DNA of 64,000 nt from Eledone cirrhosa (lineage: Eukaryota), in assembly GCA_964016885.1 (NCBI GenBank), contig OZ024740.1:318556001-318620000 (forward strand), read 5' to 3'. Positions within the stretch are counted from its first letter, which is position 1. Each line of letters opens with the position of its first letter. Below the pieces are notes generated by a model. It saw only the letters and a list, made by a program, of their open reading frames with translations. It was not told the origin of the DNA and did no database searches. The position numbers and the translations under genes are program-made. Positions 14,501 through 29,900 of this stretch are shown one piece after another.

Positions 14501-17180
14501 TCTACCCATTCGCTGTATTTCTACTACAATACTAACTTTAAATAATCCATATTGTCTCGTCTATTTCCACAACTTACATTCTATCTGATATTCTAACGAC
14601 TCTACCAATTCGATGTGTTTCTACTACAATACTAACTTTAAATAATCCAGGATTGTCTCCTCTATTTCCACAACTTACATTCTATCTGACATTCTAACGA
14701 CTCTACCAATTCGATGTGTTTCTACTACAATACTCACAACAAATAATCCAGGATTGTCTCGTCTATCTCCAGACCTTACATTCTATCTAACATTCTAACG
14801 ACTCTACCAGTTCGCTGTATTTCTACTACAATACTAACTTCAAATAATCCAGGATTGTCTTATCTATTTCCACAACTTACATTCTATCTGATATTCGAAC
14901 GAATCTACCAATTCGAAGTCTTTCTACTACAATACTAACGCCAAATAATCCAGGATTGTCTCGTCTATTTCCACAACTTACTTTCTATCTGACATTCTAA
15001 CGACTCTTCCAATTCGAAGTCTTTCTACTACAATACTCACAACAAATATTCCAGGATTGTCTGGTCTATTTCCACAACTTACATTCTATCTGACATTCTA
15101 ACGACTCTACCAATTCGAAGTCTTTCTACTACAATACTAACTTTAAATAATCCAGGATTGTCTCCTCTATTTCCACAACTTACATATTATATGAAATTCT
15201 AACGACTCTACCAATTCGATGTCTTTCTACTACAATTCTCACAACAAATAATCCAGGTTTGTATAGTCTATTTCTACAACTTAAATTCTATCTGACATTC
15301 TAACGACTCTACCAATTAGAAGTCTTTCTGCTACAATACTCACAACAAATAATCCAGCATTGTCTCGTCTATTTCCACAACTCACATTCTATCTGACATT
15401 CTAACGACTCTACCAATTCGATGTGTTTCTACTACAATGCTAACAACAAATAATCTAGGATTGTCTCGTCTATCTCCACAACTTACATTTTCTCTGACAT
15501 TCTAACGACTCTACCAATTCGATGTGTTTCTACTACAATACTCACAACAAATAATCCAGGATTGTCTCGTCTATCTCCACAACTTACGTTATATCTGACA
15601 TTCTAACGACTCTACCAATTCGAATTCTTTATATTACAATACTCACAACAAATAATCCACGACTGTCTCGTCTATTTCCACTACTTACATTCTATCTGAC
15701 ATTCTAACGACTCTACCAATTCGATGTGTTTCTACTACAATACTCACGACAAATAATCCAGGATTGTCTCGTCTATCTCCAGACCTTACATTCCATCTGA
15801 CATTCTAACGACTCTACCAGTTCGCTGTATTTCTACTACAAAACTAACTTCAAATAATCCAGGATTGTCTCGTCTATTTCCACAACTTACATTATATCTG
15901 ATATTCTAACGACTCTACCCATTCGCTGTATTTCTACTACAATACTAACTTCAAATAATCCAGGATTGTCTCGTCTACTTCCACAAGTTACATTGTATCT
16001 GATATTCTAACGACTCTACCAATTCGAAGTCTTTCTACTACAATACTCACAACAAATAATCCAGGATTGTCTCGTCTATTTCCACAACTTACATTCTATC
16101 TGGCATTCTAATGACTCTACCAATTCGCTGTCTTTCTACTACAATACTCACAACAAATAATCCATATTGTCTCGTCTATTTCCACAACTTACATTCTATC
16201 TGACATTCAAACGACTCTATCAATTCGAAGTCTTTCTACTACAATACTAACTTTAAATAATCCAGGATTGTCTCCTCTATTTCCACAATTTACATTTTAT
16301 CTGAAATTCTAACGACTCTACCAATTCAATGTCTTTCTACTACAATACTCACAACAAATAATCCAGGATTGTATAGTCTATTTCTACAACTTACATTCTA
16401 TCTGACATTCTAACGACTCTACCAATTCGAAGTCTTTCTGCTACAATACTCACAACAAATAATCAAGGATTGTCTCGTCTATTTCCACACCTTACATTCT
16501 ATCTGACATTCTATCGACTCTACCTATTCGCTGTATTTCTACTACAATACTCACAACAAATAATCCAGCATTGTCTCGTCTATTTCCACAACTCACATTC
16601 TATCTGACATTCTAACGACTCTATCACTTCGAATTCTTTATATTACAATACTCACAACAAATAATCCACGACTGTCTCGTCTATTTCCACAACTTACATT
16701 CTATCTGACATTCTAACGACTCTACCAGTTCGCTGTATTTCAACTACAATACTCACAACAAATAATCCATATTGTCTCGTCTATTTCCACAACTTACATT
16801 CTATCTGACATTCAAACGACTCTATCAATTCGAAGTCTTTCTACTACAATACTAACGTCAAATAATCCAGGATTGTCTCGTCTATTTCCACAACTTACTT
16901 TCTATCTGACATTCTAACGACTCTACCAATTCGAAGTCTTTCTACTACAATACTCACAACAAATATTCCAGGATTGTCTCGTCTATATCCACAACTTACA
17001 TTCTATCTGACATTCTAACGACTCTACCAATTCGAAGTCTTTCTACTACAATACTAACTTTAAATAATCCAGGATTGTCTCCTCTATTTCCACAACTTAC
17101 ATACTATCTGACATTCTAACGACTCTACCTATTCGCTGTATTTCTACTACAATACTCACAACAAATAATCCAGCATTGTC
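11530..17180 (+). repeat. 28-monomer duplication (2825 bp), 2 copies with local internal differences
   Basis: TTCCACTACTTAC at 12851/15676, AGTTACATTGTAT at 13161/15986 and TATTCGAACGAATC at 12067/14892; all three pairs are 2825 bp apart. Confidence 0.85.
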
Positions 17181-20100
17181 TCGTCTATTTCCACAACTCA
17201 CATTCTATCTGACATTCTAACGACTCTATCAATTCGAAGTCTTTCTACTACAATACTAACGTCAAATAATCCAGGATCGTCTCGTCTATTTCCACAACTT
17301 ACATTCTATCTGACATTCTAACGACTCTACCAATTCGAAGTCTTTCTACTATAATACTAACAACAAATAATCTGGGATTGTCTCGACTATTTCCACAACA
17401 TACATTCTATCTGACATTCTAACGACTCTACCAATTCGAAGTTTTTCTACTACAATACTAACAACAAATAATCAAGGATTGTATCGTCTATTTCCACAAC
17501 TTACATTCTATCTGACATTCTAACGACTCTACCCATTCGCTGTATTTCTACGATAATACTAACTTCAAATAATCCAGGATTGTCTCCTCTATTTCCACAA
17601 CTTACATTCTATGTCACGTTCTAACGAGTCTACCAATTCGCTGTGTTTCTACTACAATACTCACAACAAATAAACCAGGATTGTCTCCTCTATTTCCACA
17701 ACTTACATTCTATCTGACATTCTAACGACTCTACCAATTCGCTGTCTTTCTACTGCAATACTAACTTCAAATAATCCAGGATTGTATCGGCTATTTCCAC
17801 AACTTACATTCTATCTGACATTCTAACGACTCTACCAATTCGCTGTCTTTCTACTACAATACTAACAACATATAATCTAGGATTGTCTCGACTATTTCCA
17901 CAACTTACAATCTATCTGATATTCGAACGACTCTACCAATTCGAAGTCTTTCTGCTACAATACTAACAACAAATAATCTAGGATTGTCTCGTCTATTTCC
18001 ACAACTTACATTCTATCTGACATTCTAACGACTCTAACAATTCGAAGTCTTTCTACTACAATACTCACAACAAATAATCCAGGATTGTCTCATCTATTTC
18101 CACAACTTACATTCTATCTGACATTCTAACGACTCTACCAATTCGATGTGTTTCTACTACAATACTCACGTCAAATAATCCAGGATTGTCTCGTCTATCT
18201 CCAGACCTTACATTCTATCTGACATTCTAACGACTCTACCAGTTCGCTGTATTTCTGCTACAATACTCACAACAAATAATCCAGGATTGTCTCGTCTATT
18301 TCCACAACTTACATTCTATCTGATATTCTAACGACTCTACCAATTCGAAGTCTTTCCACTACAATACTCACAACAAATAATCCAGGATTGTCTCGTCTAT
18401 TTACACAACTTACATTCTATCTGACATTCTAACGTGTCTACCAATTCGAAGTCTTTCTACTACAATACTAACTTTAAACAATCCAGGATTGTCTCCTCTA
18501 TTTCCACAACTTACATTCTATCTGAAATTGAAACGACTCTACCAATTCGATGTCTTTGTACTACAATACTCACGAAAAAATAATCCAGGATTGTATCGTC
18601 TTTTTCCACAACTTACATTCTATCTGACATTCTAACGACTCTACCAATTCGCTGTATTTCTTCTACAATACTAACTTCAATTAGTCCCGGATTGTCTCAT
18701 CTATTTCCACAACTTACATTCTATCTGATATTCGAACGACTCTACCAATTCGAAGTCTTTCTACTACAATACTGACAACAAATAATGCAGGATTGTCTCG
18801 TCTATTTCCACAACTTACATTCTATCTGACATTCTAACGACTCTACCAATTCGAAGTCTTTCTATTACAATACTCACAACAAATAATCCAGGATTGTCTC
18901 GTCTATTTCCACAACTTACATTCTATCTGACATTCTAACGACTCTACGAATTCGCTGTCTCTCTACTACAATACTCACAACAATCAATCCAGGATTGTCT
19001 CGTCTATTTCTACAACTTACATTCTATGTGACATTCAAACGACTCTATCAATTCGAAGTCTTTCTACTACAATACTAACGTCAAATAATCCAGGATTGTC
19101 TCGTCTATTTCCACAACTTACGTTATATCTGACATTCTAACGACTCTACCAATTCGAATTCTTTATATTACAATACTCACAACAAATAATCCACGACTGT
19201 CTCGTCTATTTCCACAACTTACATTCTATCTGACATTCTAACGACTCTACCAATTCGATGTGTTTCTACTACAATACTCACAACAAATAATCCAGGATTG
19301 GCTCGTCTATCTCCAGACCTTACATTCTATCTGACATTCTAACGACTCTACCAGTTCGCTGTATTTCTACTACAAAACTAACTTCAAATAATCCAGGATT
19401 GTCTCGTCTATTTCCACAACTTACATTCTATCTGATATTCTAATGACTCTACCCATTCGCTGTATTTCTACTACAATACTAACTTCAAATAATCCAGGAT
19501 CGTCTCGTCTACTTCCACAAGTTACATTGTATCTGATATTCTAACGACTCTACCAATTCGAAGTCTTTCTACTACAATACTCACAACAAATAACCCAGGA
19601 TTGTCTCGTCTATTTCCACAACTTACATTCTATCTGGCATTCTAATGACTCTACCAATTCGCTGTCTTTCTACTACAATACTCACAACAAATAATCCATA
19701 TTGTCTCGTCTATTTCCACAACTTACATTCTATCTGACATTCAAACGACTCTATCAATTCGAAGTCTTTCTACTACAATACTAACTTTAAATAATCCAGG
19801 ATTGTCTCCTCTATTTCCACAATTTACATTTTATATGAAATTCTAACGACTCTACCAATTCGATGTCTTTCTACTACAATACTCACAACAAATAATCCAG
19901 GATTGTATAGTCTATTTCTACAACTTACATTCTATCTGACATTCTAACGACTCTACCAATTCGAAGTCTTTCTGCTACAATACTCACAACAAATAATCAA
20001 GGATTGTCTCGTCTATTTCCACACCTTACATTCTATCTGACATTCTATCGACTCTACCTATTCGCTGTATTTCTACTACAATACTCACAACAAATAATCC

Positions 20101-23100
20101 AGCATTGTCTCGTCTATTTCCACAACTCACATTCTATCTGACATTCTAACGACTCTATCAATTCGAATTCTTTATATTACAATACTCACAACAAATAATC
20201 CACGACTGTCTCGTCTATTTCCACAACTTACATTCTATCTGACATTCTAACGACTCTACCAGTTCGCTGTATTTCAACTACAATACTAACTTCAAATAAT
20301 CCAGGATTGTCTCGTCTATTACCACAACTTACATTCTATCTGATATTCTAACGACTCTACCAATTCGAAGTCTTTCTACTACAATACTCACAACAAATTT
20401 CCAGGATTGTCTCGTCTATTTCCACAACTTACATTCTATCTGGCATTCTAATGACTCTACCAATTCGCTGTCTTTCTACTACAATACTCACAACAAATAA
20501 TCCATATTGTCTCGTCTATTTCCACAACTTACATTCTATCTGACATTCAAACGACTCTATCAATTCGAAGTCTTTCTACTACAATACTAACGTCAAATAA
20601 TCCAGGATTGTCTCGTCTATTTCCACAACTTACTTTCTATCTGACATTCTAACGACTCTACCAATTCGAAGTCTTTCTACTACAATACTCACAACAAATA
20701 TTCCAGGATTGTCTCGTCTATATCCACAACTTACATTCTATCTGACATTCTAACGACTCTACCAATTTGAAGTCTTTCTACTACAATACTAACTTTAAAT
20801 AATCCAGGATTCTCTCCTCTATTTCCACAACTTACATTCTATCTGACATTCTAACGACTCTACCAATTCGAAGTCTTTCTACTACAATACTCACAACAAA
20901 TAATCCAGGATTGTATAGTCTATTTCTACAACTTACATTCTATCTGACATTCTAACGACTCTACCAATTCGAAGTCTTTCTGCTACAATACTCACAACAA
21001 ATAATCCAGGATTGTCTCGTCTATTTCCACACCTTACATTCTACCTGACATTCTAACGACTCTACCTATTCGCTGTATTTCTACTACAATACTCACAACA
21101 AATAATCCAGCATTGTCTCGTCTATTTCCACAACTCACATTCTATCTGACATTCTAACGACTCTATCAATTCGAAGTCTTTCTACTACAATACTAAAGTC
21201 AAATAATCCAGGATCGTCTCGTCTATTTCCACAACTTACATTCTATCTGACATTCTAACGACTCTACCAATTCGAAGTCTTTCTACTACAATACTAACAA
21301 CAAATAATCTGGGATTGTCTCGACTATTTCCACAACATACATTCTATCTGACATTCTAACGACTCTACCAATTCGAAGTTTTTCTACTACAATACTAACA
21401 ACAAATAATCCAGGATTGTCTCCTCTATTTCCACATCTTACATTCTATGTCACATTCTAACGAGTCTACCAATTCGCTGTGTTTCTACTACAATACTCAT
21501 AACAAATAAACCAGGATTGTCTCCCCTATTTCCACAACTTACATTCTATCTGACATTCTAACGACTCTACCAATTCGAAGTCTTTCTGCTACAATACTAA
21601 CAACAAATAATCTAGGATTGTCTCGTCTATCTCCAGACCTTACATTCTATCTGACATTCTAACGACTCTACCAGTTCGCTGTATTTCTACTACAATACTC
21701 ACAACAAATAATCCAGGATTGACTCGTCTATTTCCACAACTTACATTCTATCTCACATTCTAACGTGTCTACCAATTCGAAGTCTTTCTACTACAATACT
21801 AACTTTAAACAATCCAGGATTGTCTCCTCTATTTCCACAACTTACATTCTATCTGACATTGAAACGACTCTACCGATTCGATGTCTTTGTACTACAATTC
21901 TCACAAAAAAATAATCCAGGATTGTATCGTCTTTTTCCACAACTTACATTCTATCTGATATTCGTACGACTCTACCAATTCGAAGTCTTTAAAATACAAT
22001 ACTAACAACAAATAATGCAGGATTATCTCGTCTATTTCCACAACTTACATTCTATCTGACATTCTAACGACTCTACCAATTCGAAGTCTTTCTATTACAA
22101 TACTCACAAAAAATAATCCAGGATTGTCTCGTCTATTTCCACAACTTACATTCTATCTGACATTCTAACGACTCTACGAATTCGCTGTCTTTCTACTACA
22201 ATACTCACAACAAACAATCCAGGATTGTCTCGTCTATTTCTACAACTTACATTCTATGTGACATTAAAACGACTCTATCAATTCGAAGTCTTTCTACTAC
22301 AATACTAACGTCAAATAATCCAGGATTGTCTCGTCTATTTCCACAACTTACGTTCTATCTGACATTCTAACGACTCTACCAATTCGAATTCTTTATATTA
22401 CAATACTCACAACAAATAATCCACGACTGTCTCGTCTATTTCCACAATTTACATTCTATCTGACATTCTAACGACTCTACCAATTCGCTGTCTTTCTACT
22501 AGAATGCTCACAAAAAATAATCCACGACTGTCTCGTCTATTTCCACAACTTACATTCTATCTGACATTCTAACGACTCTACCAATTCGAAATCTTTCTAC
22601 TACAATACTCACAACAAACAATCCAGTATTGTCTCGTCTATTTCTACAACTTACATTCTATGTGACATTCAAACGACTCTATCAATTCGAAGTCTTTCTA
22701 CTACAATACTAACGTCAAATAATCCAGGATTGTCTCGTCTATTTCCACAACTTACGTTCTATCTGACATTCTAACGACTCTACCAATTCGAATTCTTTCT
22801 ATTACAATACTCACAACAAATAATCCAGGATTGTCTCGTCTATTTCCACAACTTACATTCTATCTGACATTCTAACGACTCTACCAATTCGAAGTCTTTC
22901 TACTACAATACTAACAACAAATAATCTGGGATTGTCTCGTCTATTTCCACAACATACATTCTATCTGACATTCTAACGACTCTACCAATTCGAAGTTTTT
23001 CTACTACAATACTCCCAACAAATAATCAAGGATTGTATCGTCGATTACCACAACTTACATTCTATCTGACATTCTAACGACTCTAACCATTCGCTGTATT

Positions 23101-23999
23101 TCTACTACAATACTAACTTCAAATAATCCAGGATTGTCTCCTCTATTTCCACAACTTACATTCTATGTCACATTCTAACGAGTCTACCAATTCGCTGTGT
23201 TTCTACTACAATACTCACAACAAATAAACCAGGATTGTCTCCTCTATTTCCACAACTTACATTCTATCTGACATTCTAACGACTCTACCAATTCGCTGTC
23301 TTTCTACTACAATACTAACTTCAAATAATCCAGGATTGTATCGGCTATTTCCACAACTTACATTCTATCTGACATTCTAACGACTCTACCAATTCGCTGT
23401 CTTTCTACTACAATACTAACAACATATAATCTAGGATTGTCTCGTCTATTTCCACAACTTACAATCTATCTGATATTCGAACGACTCTACCAATTCGAAG
23501 TCTTTCTGCTACAATACTAACAACAAATAATCTAGGATTGTCTCGTCTATTTCCACAACTTACATTCTATCTGACATTCTAACGACTCTACCAATTCAAT
23601 GTGTTTCTACTACAATACTCACGTCAAATAATCCAGGATTGTCTCGTCTATCTCCAGACCTTACATTCTATCTGACATTCTAACGACTCTACCTGTTCGC
23701 TGTATTTCTACTACAATACTCACAACAAATAATCCAGGATTGTCTCGTCTATTTCCACAACTTACATTCTATCTCACATTCTAACGTGTCTACCAATTCG
23801 AAGCCTTTCTACTACAATACTAACTTTAAACAATCCAGGATTGTCTCCTCTATTTCCACAACTTACATTCTATCTGACATTGAAACGACTCTACCAATTC
23901 GATGTCTTTGTACTACAATACTCACAAAAAAATAATCCAGGATTGTATCGTCTTTTTCCACAACTTACATTCTATCTGACATTCTAACGACTCTACCAA

Positions 24000-26900
24000 T
24001 TCGCTGTATTTCTACTACAATACTAACTTCAATTAGTCCAGGATTGTCTCATCTATTTCCACAACTTACATTCTATCTGATATTCGAACGACTCTACCAA
24101 TTCGAAGTCTTTCTACTACAATACTAACAACAAATAATGCAGGATTATCTCGTCTATTTCCACAACTTACATTCTATCTGACATTCTAACGACTCTACCA
24201 ATTTGAAGTCTTTCTATTACAATACTCACAAAAAATAATCCAGGATTGTCTCGTCTATTTCCACAACTTACATTCTATCTGACATTCTAACGACTCTACG
24301 AATTCGCTGTCTTTCTACTACAATACTCACAACAAACAATCCAGGATTGTCTCGTCTATTTCTACAACTTACATTCTATGTGACATTAAAACGACTCTAT
24401 CAATTCGAAGTCTTTCTACTACAATACTAACGTCAAATAATCCAGGATTGTCTCGTCTATTTCCACAACTTACGTTCTATCTGACATTCTAACGACTCTA
24501 CCAATTCGAATTCTTTATATTACAATACTCACAACAAATAATCCACGACTGTCTCGTCTATTTCCACAACTTACATTCTATCTGACATTCTAACGACTCT
24601 ACCAATTCGAAGTCTTTCTATTACAATACTCACAAAAAATAATCCAGGATTGTCTCGTCTATTTCCACAACTTACATTCTATCTGACATTCTAACGACTC
24701 TACGAATTCGCTGTCTTTCTACTACAATACTCACAACAAACAATCCAGGATTGTCTCGTCTATTTCTACAACTTACATTCTATGTGACATTAAAACGACT
24801 CTATCAATTCGAAGTCTTTCTACTACAATACTAACGTCAAATAATCCAGGATTGTCTCGTCTATTTCCACAACTTACGTTCCATCTGACATTCTAACGAC
24901 TCTACCAATTCGAATTCTTTATATTACAATACTCACAACAAATAATCCACGACTGTCTCGTCTATTTCCACAACTTACATTCTATCTGACATTCTAACGA
25001 CTCTACCAATTCGATGTGTTTCTACTACAATACTCACGACAAATAATCCAGGATTGTGTCGTCTATTTCCACAACTTACATTCTATCTGACATTCTAACG
25101 ACTCTACCAATTCGAAGTGTTTCTACTACAATGCTCACAAAAAATAATCCACGACTGTCTCGTCTATTTCCACAACTTACATTCTATCTGACATTCTAAC
25201 GACTCTACCAATTCGAAGTCTTTCTACTACAATACTAACTTTAAATAATCCAGGATTGTCTCGTCTATCTCCAGACCTTACATTCTATCTGACATTCTAA
25301 CGACTCAACCAGTTCGCTGTATTTCAACTACAATACTACCTTCAAATAATCCAGGATTGTCTCGTCTATTTCCACAACTTACATTCTATCTGACATTCTA
25401 ACGACTCTATCAATTCGAAGTCTTTCTACTACAATACTAACGTCAAATAATCCAGGATCGTCTCGTCTATTTCCACAACTTACATTCTATCTGACATTCT
25501 AACGACTCTACCAATTCGAAGTCTTTCTACTACAATACTAACAACAAATAATCTGGGATTGTCTCGTCTATTTCCACAACATACATTCTATCTGACATTC
25601 TAACGACTCTACCAATTCGAAGTTTTTCTACTACAATACTCCCAACAAATAATCAAGGATTGTATCGTCGATTACCACAACTTACATTCTATCTGACATT
25701 CTAACGACTCTACCCATTCGCTGTATTTCTACTACAATACTAACTTCAAATAATCCAGGATTGTCTCCTCTATTTCCACAACTTACATTCTATGTCACAT
25801 TCTAACGAGTCTACCAATTCGCTGTGTTTCTACTACAATACTCACAACAAATAAACCAGGAATGTCTCCTCTATTTCCACAACTTACATTCTATCTGACA
25901 TTCTAACGACTCTACCAATTCGCTGTCTTTCTACTACAATACTAACTTCAAATAATCCAGGATTGTATCGGCTATTTCCACAACTTACATTCTATCTGAC
26001 ATTCTAACGACTCTACCAATTCGCTGTCTTTCTACTACAATACTAACAACATATAATCTAGGATTGTCTCGTCTATTTCCACAACTTACAATCTATCTGA
26101 TATTCGAACGACTCTACCAATTCGAAGTCTTTCTGCTACAATACTAACAACAAATAATCTAGGATTGTCTCGTCTATTTCCACAACTTACATTCTATCTG
26201 ACATTCTAACGACTCTAACAATTCGAAGTCTTTCATCTACAATACTCACAACAAATAATCCAGGATTGTCTCATCTATTTCCACAACTTACATTCTATCT
26301 GACATTCTAACGACTCTACCAATTCGATGTGTTTCTACTACAATACTCACGTCAAATAATCCAGGATTGTCTCGTCTATCTCCAGACCTTACATTCTATC
26401 TGACATTCTAACGACTCTACCAGTTCGCTGTATTTCTACTACAATACTCACAACAAATAATCCAGGATTGTCTCGTCTATTTCCACAACTTACGTTCTAT
26501 CTAACATTCTAACGTGTCTACCAATTCGAAGTCTTTCTACTACAATACTAACTTTAAACAATCAAGGATTGTCTCCTCTATTTCCACAACTTACATTCTA
26601 TCTGACATTGAAACGACTCTACCAATTCGATGTCTTTGTACTACAATACTCACAAAACAATAATCCAGGATTGTATCGTCTTTTTCCACAACTTACATTC
26701 TATCTGACATTCTAACGACTCTACCAATTCGCTGAATTTCTACTACAATACTAACTTCAATTAGTCCAGGATTGTCTCATCTATTTCCACAACTTACATT
26801 CTATCTGATATTCGAACGACTCTACCAATTCGAAGTCTTTCTACTACAATACTAACAACAAATAATGCAGGATTATCTCGTCTATTTCCACAACTTACAT

Positions 26901-29900
26901 TCTATCTGACATTCTAACGACTCTACCAATTCGAAGTCTTTCTATTACAATACTCACAAAAAATAATCCAGGATTGTCTCGTCTATTTCCACAACTTACA
27001 TTCTATCTGACATTCTAACGACTCTACGAATTCGCTGTCTTTCTACTACAATACTCACAACAAACAATCCAGGATTGTCTCGTCTATTTCTACAACTTAC
27101 ATTCTATGTGACATTAAAACGACTCTATCAATTCGAAGTCTTTCTACTACAATACTAACGTCAAATAATCCAGGATTGTCTCGTCTATTTCCACAACTTA
27201 CGTTCTATCTGACATTCTAATGACTCTACCAATTCGAATTCTTTATATTACAATACTCACAACAAATAATCCACGACTGTCTCGTCTATTTCCACAACTT
27301 ACATTCTATCTGACATTCTAACGACTCTACCAATTCGAAGTCTTTCTATTACAATACTCACAAAAAATAATCCAGGATTGTCTCGTCTATTTCCACAACT
27401 TACATTCTATCTGACATTCTAACGACTCTACGAATTCGCTGTCTTTCTACTACAATACTCACAACAAACAATCCAGGATTGTCTCGTCTATTTCTACAAC
27501 TTACATTCTATGTGACATTAAAACGACTCTATCAATTCGAAGTCTTTCTACTACAATACTAACGTCAAATAATCCAGGATTGTCTCGTCTATTTCCACAA
27601 CTTACGTTCTATCTGACATTCTAACGACTCTACCAATTCGAATTCTTTATATTACAATACTCACAACAAATAATCCACGACTGTCTCGTCTATTTCCACA
27701 ACTTACATTCTATCTGACATTCTAACGACTCTACCAATTCGATGTGTTTCTACTACAATACTCACGACAAATAATCCAGGATTGTGTCGTCTATTTCCAC
27801 AACTTACATTCTATCTGACATTCTAACGACTCTACCAATTCGAAGTGTTTCTACTACAATGCTCACAAAAAATAATCCACGACTGTCTCGTCTATTTCCA
27901 CAACTTACATTCTATCTGACATTCTAACGACTCTACCAATTCGAAGTCTTTCTACTACAATACTAACTTTAAATAATCCAGGATTGTCTCGTCTATCTCC
28001 AGACCTTACATTCTATCTGACATTCTAACGACTCAACCAGTTCGCTGTATTTCAACTACAATACTACCTTCAAATAATCCAGGATTGTCTCGTCTATTTC
28101 CACAACTTACATTCTATCTGACATTCTAACGACTCTATCAATTCGAAGTCTTTCTACTACAATACTAACGTCAAATAATCCAGGATCGTCTCGTCTATTT
28201 CCACAACTTACATTCTATCTGACATTCTAACGACTCTACCAATTCGAAGTCTTTCTACTACAATACTAACAACAAATAATCTGGGATTGTCTCGTCTATT
28301 TCCACAACATACATTCTATCTGACATTCTAACGACTCTACCAATTCGAAGTTTTTCTACTACAATACTCCCAACAAATAATCAAGGATTGTATCGTCGAT
28401 TACCACAACTTACATTCTATCTGACATTCTAACGACTCTACCCATTCGCTGTATTTCTACTACAATACTAACTTCAAATAATCCAGGATTGTGTCCTCTA
28501 TTTCCACAACTTACATTCTATGTCACATTCTAACGAGTCTACCAATTCGCTGTGTTTCTACTACAATACTCACAACAAATAAACCAGGAATGTCTCCTCT
28601 ATTTCCACAACTTACATTCTATCTGACATTCTAACGACTCTACCAATTCGCTGTCTTTCTACTACAATACTAACTTCAAATAATCCAGGATTGTATCGGC
28701 TATTTCCACAACTTACATTCTATCTGACATTCTAACGACTCTACCAATTCGCTGTCTTTCTACTACAATACTAACAACATATAATCTAGGATTGTCTCGT
28801 CTATTTCCACAACTTACAATCTATCTGATATTCGAACGACTCTACCAATTCGAAGTCTTTCTGCTACAATACTAACAACAAATAATCTAGGATTGTCTCG
28901 TCTATTTCCACAACTTACATTCTATCTGACATTCTAACGACTCTAACAATTCGAAGTCTTTCATCTACAATACTCACAACAAATAATCCAGGATTGTCTC
29001 ATCTATTTCCACAACTTACATTCTATCTGACATTCTAACGACTCTACCAATTCGATGTGTTTCTACTACAATACTCACGTCAAATAATCCAGGATTGTCT
29101 CGTCTATCTCCAGACCTTACATTCTATCTGACATTCTAACGACTCTACCAGTTCGCTGTATTTCTACTACAATACTCACAACAAATAATCCAGGATTGTC
29201 TCGTCTATTTCCACAACTTACGTTCTATCTAACATTCTAACGTGTCTACCAATTCGAAGTCTTTCTACTACAATACTAACTTTAAACAATCAAGGATTGT
29301 CTCCTCTATTTCCACAACTTACATTCTATCTGACATTGAAACGACTCTACCAATTCGATGTCTTTGTACTACAATACTCACAAAACAATAATCCAGGATT
29401 GTATCGTCTTTTTCCACAACTTACATTCTATCTGACATTCTAACGACTCTACCAATTCGCTGAATTTCTACTACAATACTAACTTCAATTAGTCCAGGAT
29501 TGTCTCATCTATTTCCACAACTTACATTCTATCTGATATTCGAACGACTCTACCAATTCGAAGTCTTTCTATTACAATACTCACAAAAAATAATCCAGGA
29601 TTGTCTCGTCTATTTCCACAACTTACATTCTATCTGACATTCTAACGACTCTACGAATTCGCTGTCTTTCTACTACAATACTCACAACAAACAATCCAGG
29701 ATTGTCTCGTCTATTTCTACAACTTACATTCTATGTGACATTAAAACGACTCTATCAATTCGAAGTCTTTCTACTACAATACTAACGTCAAATAATCCAG
29801 GATTGTCTCGTCTATTTCCACAACTTACGTTCTATCTGACATTCTAACGACTCTACCAATTCGAATTCTTTATATTACAATACTCACAACAAATAATCCA

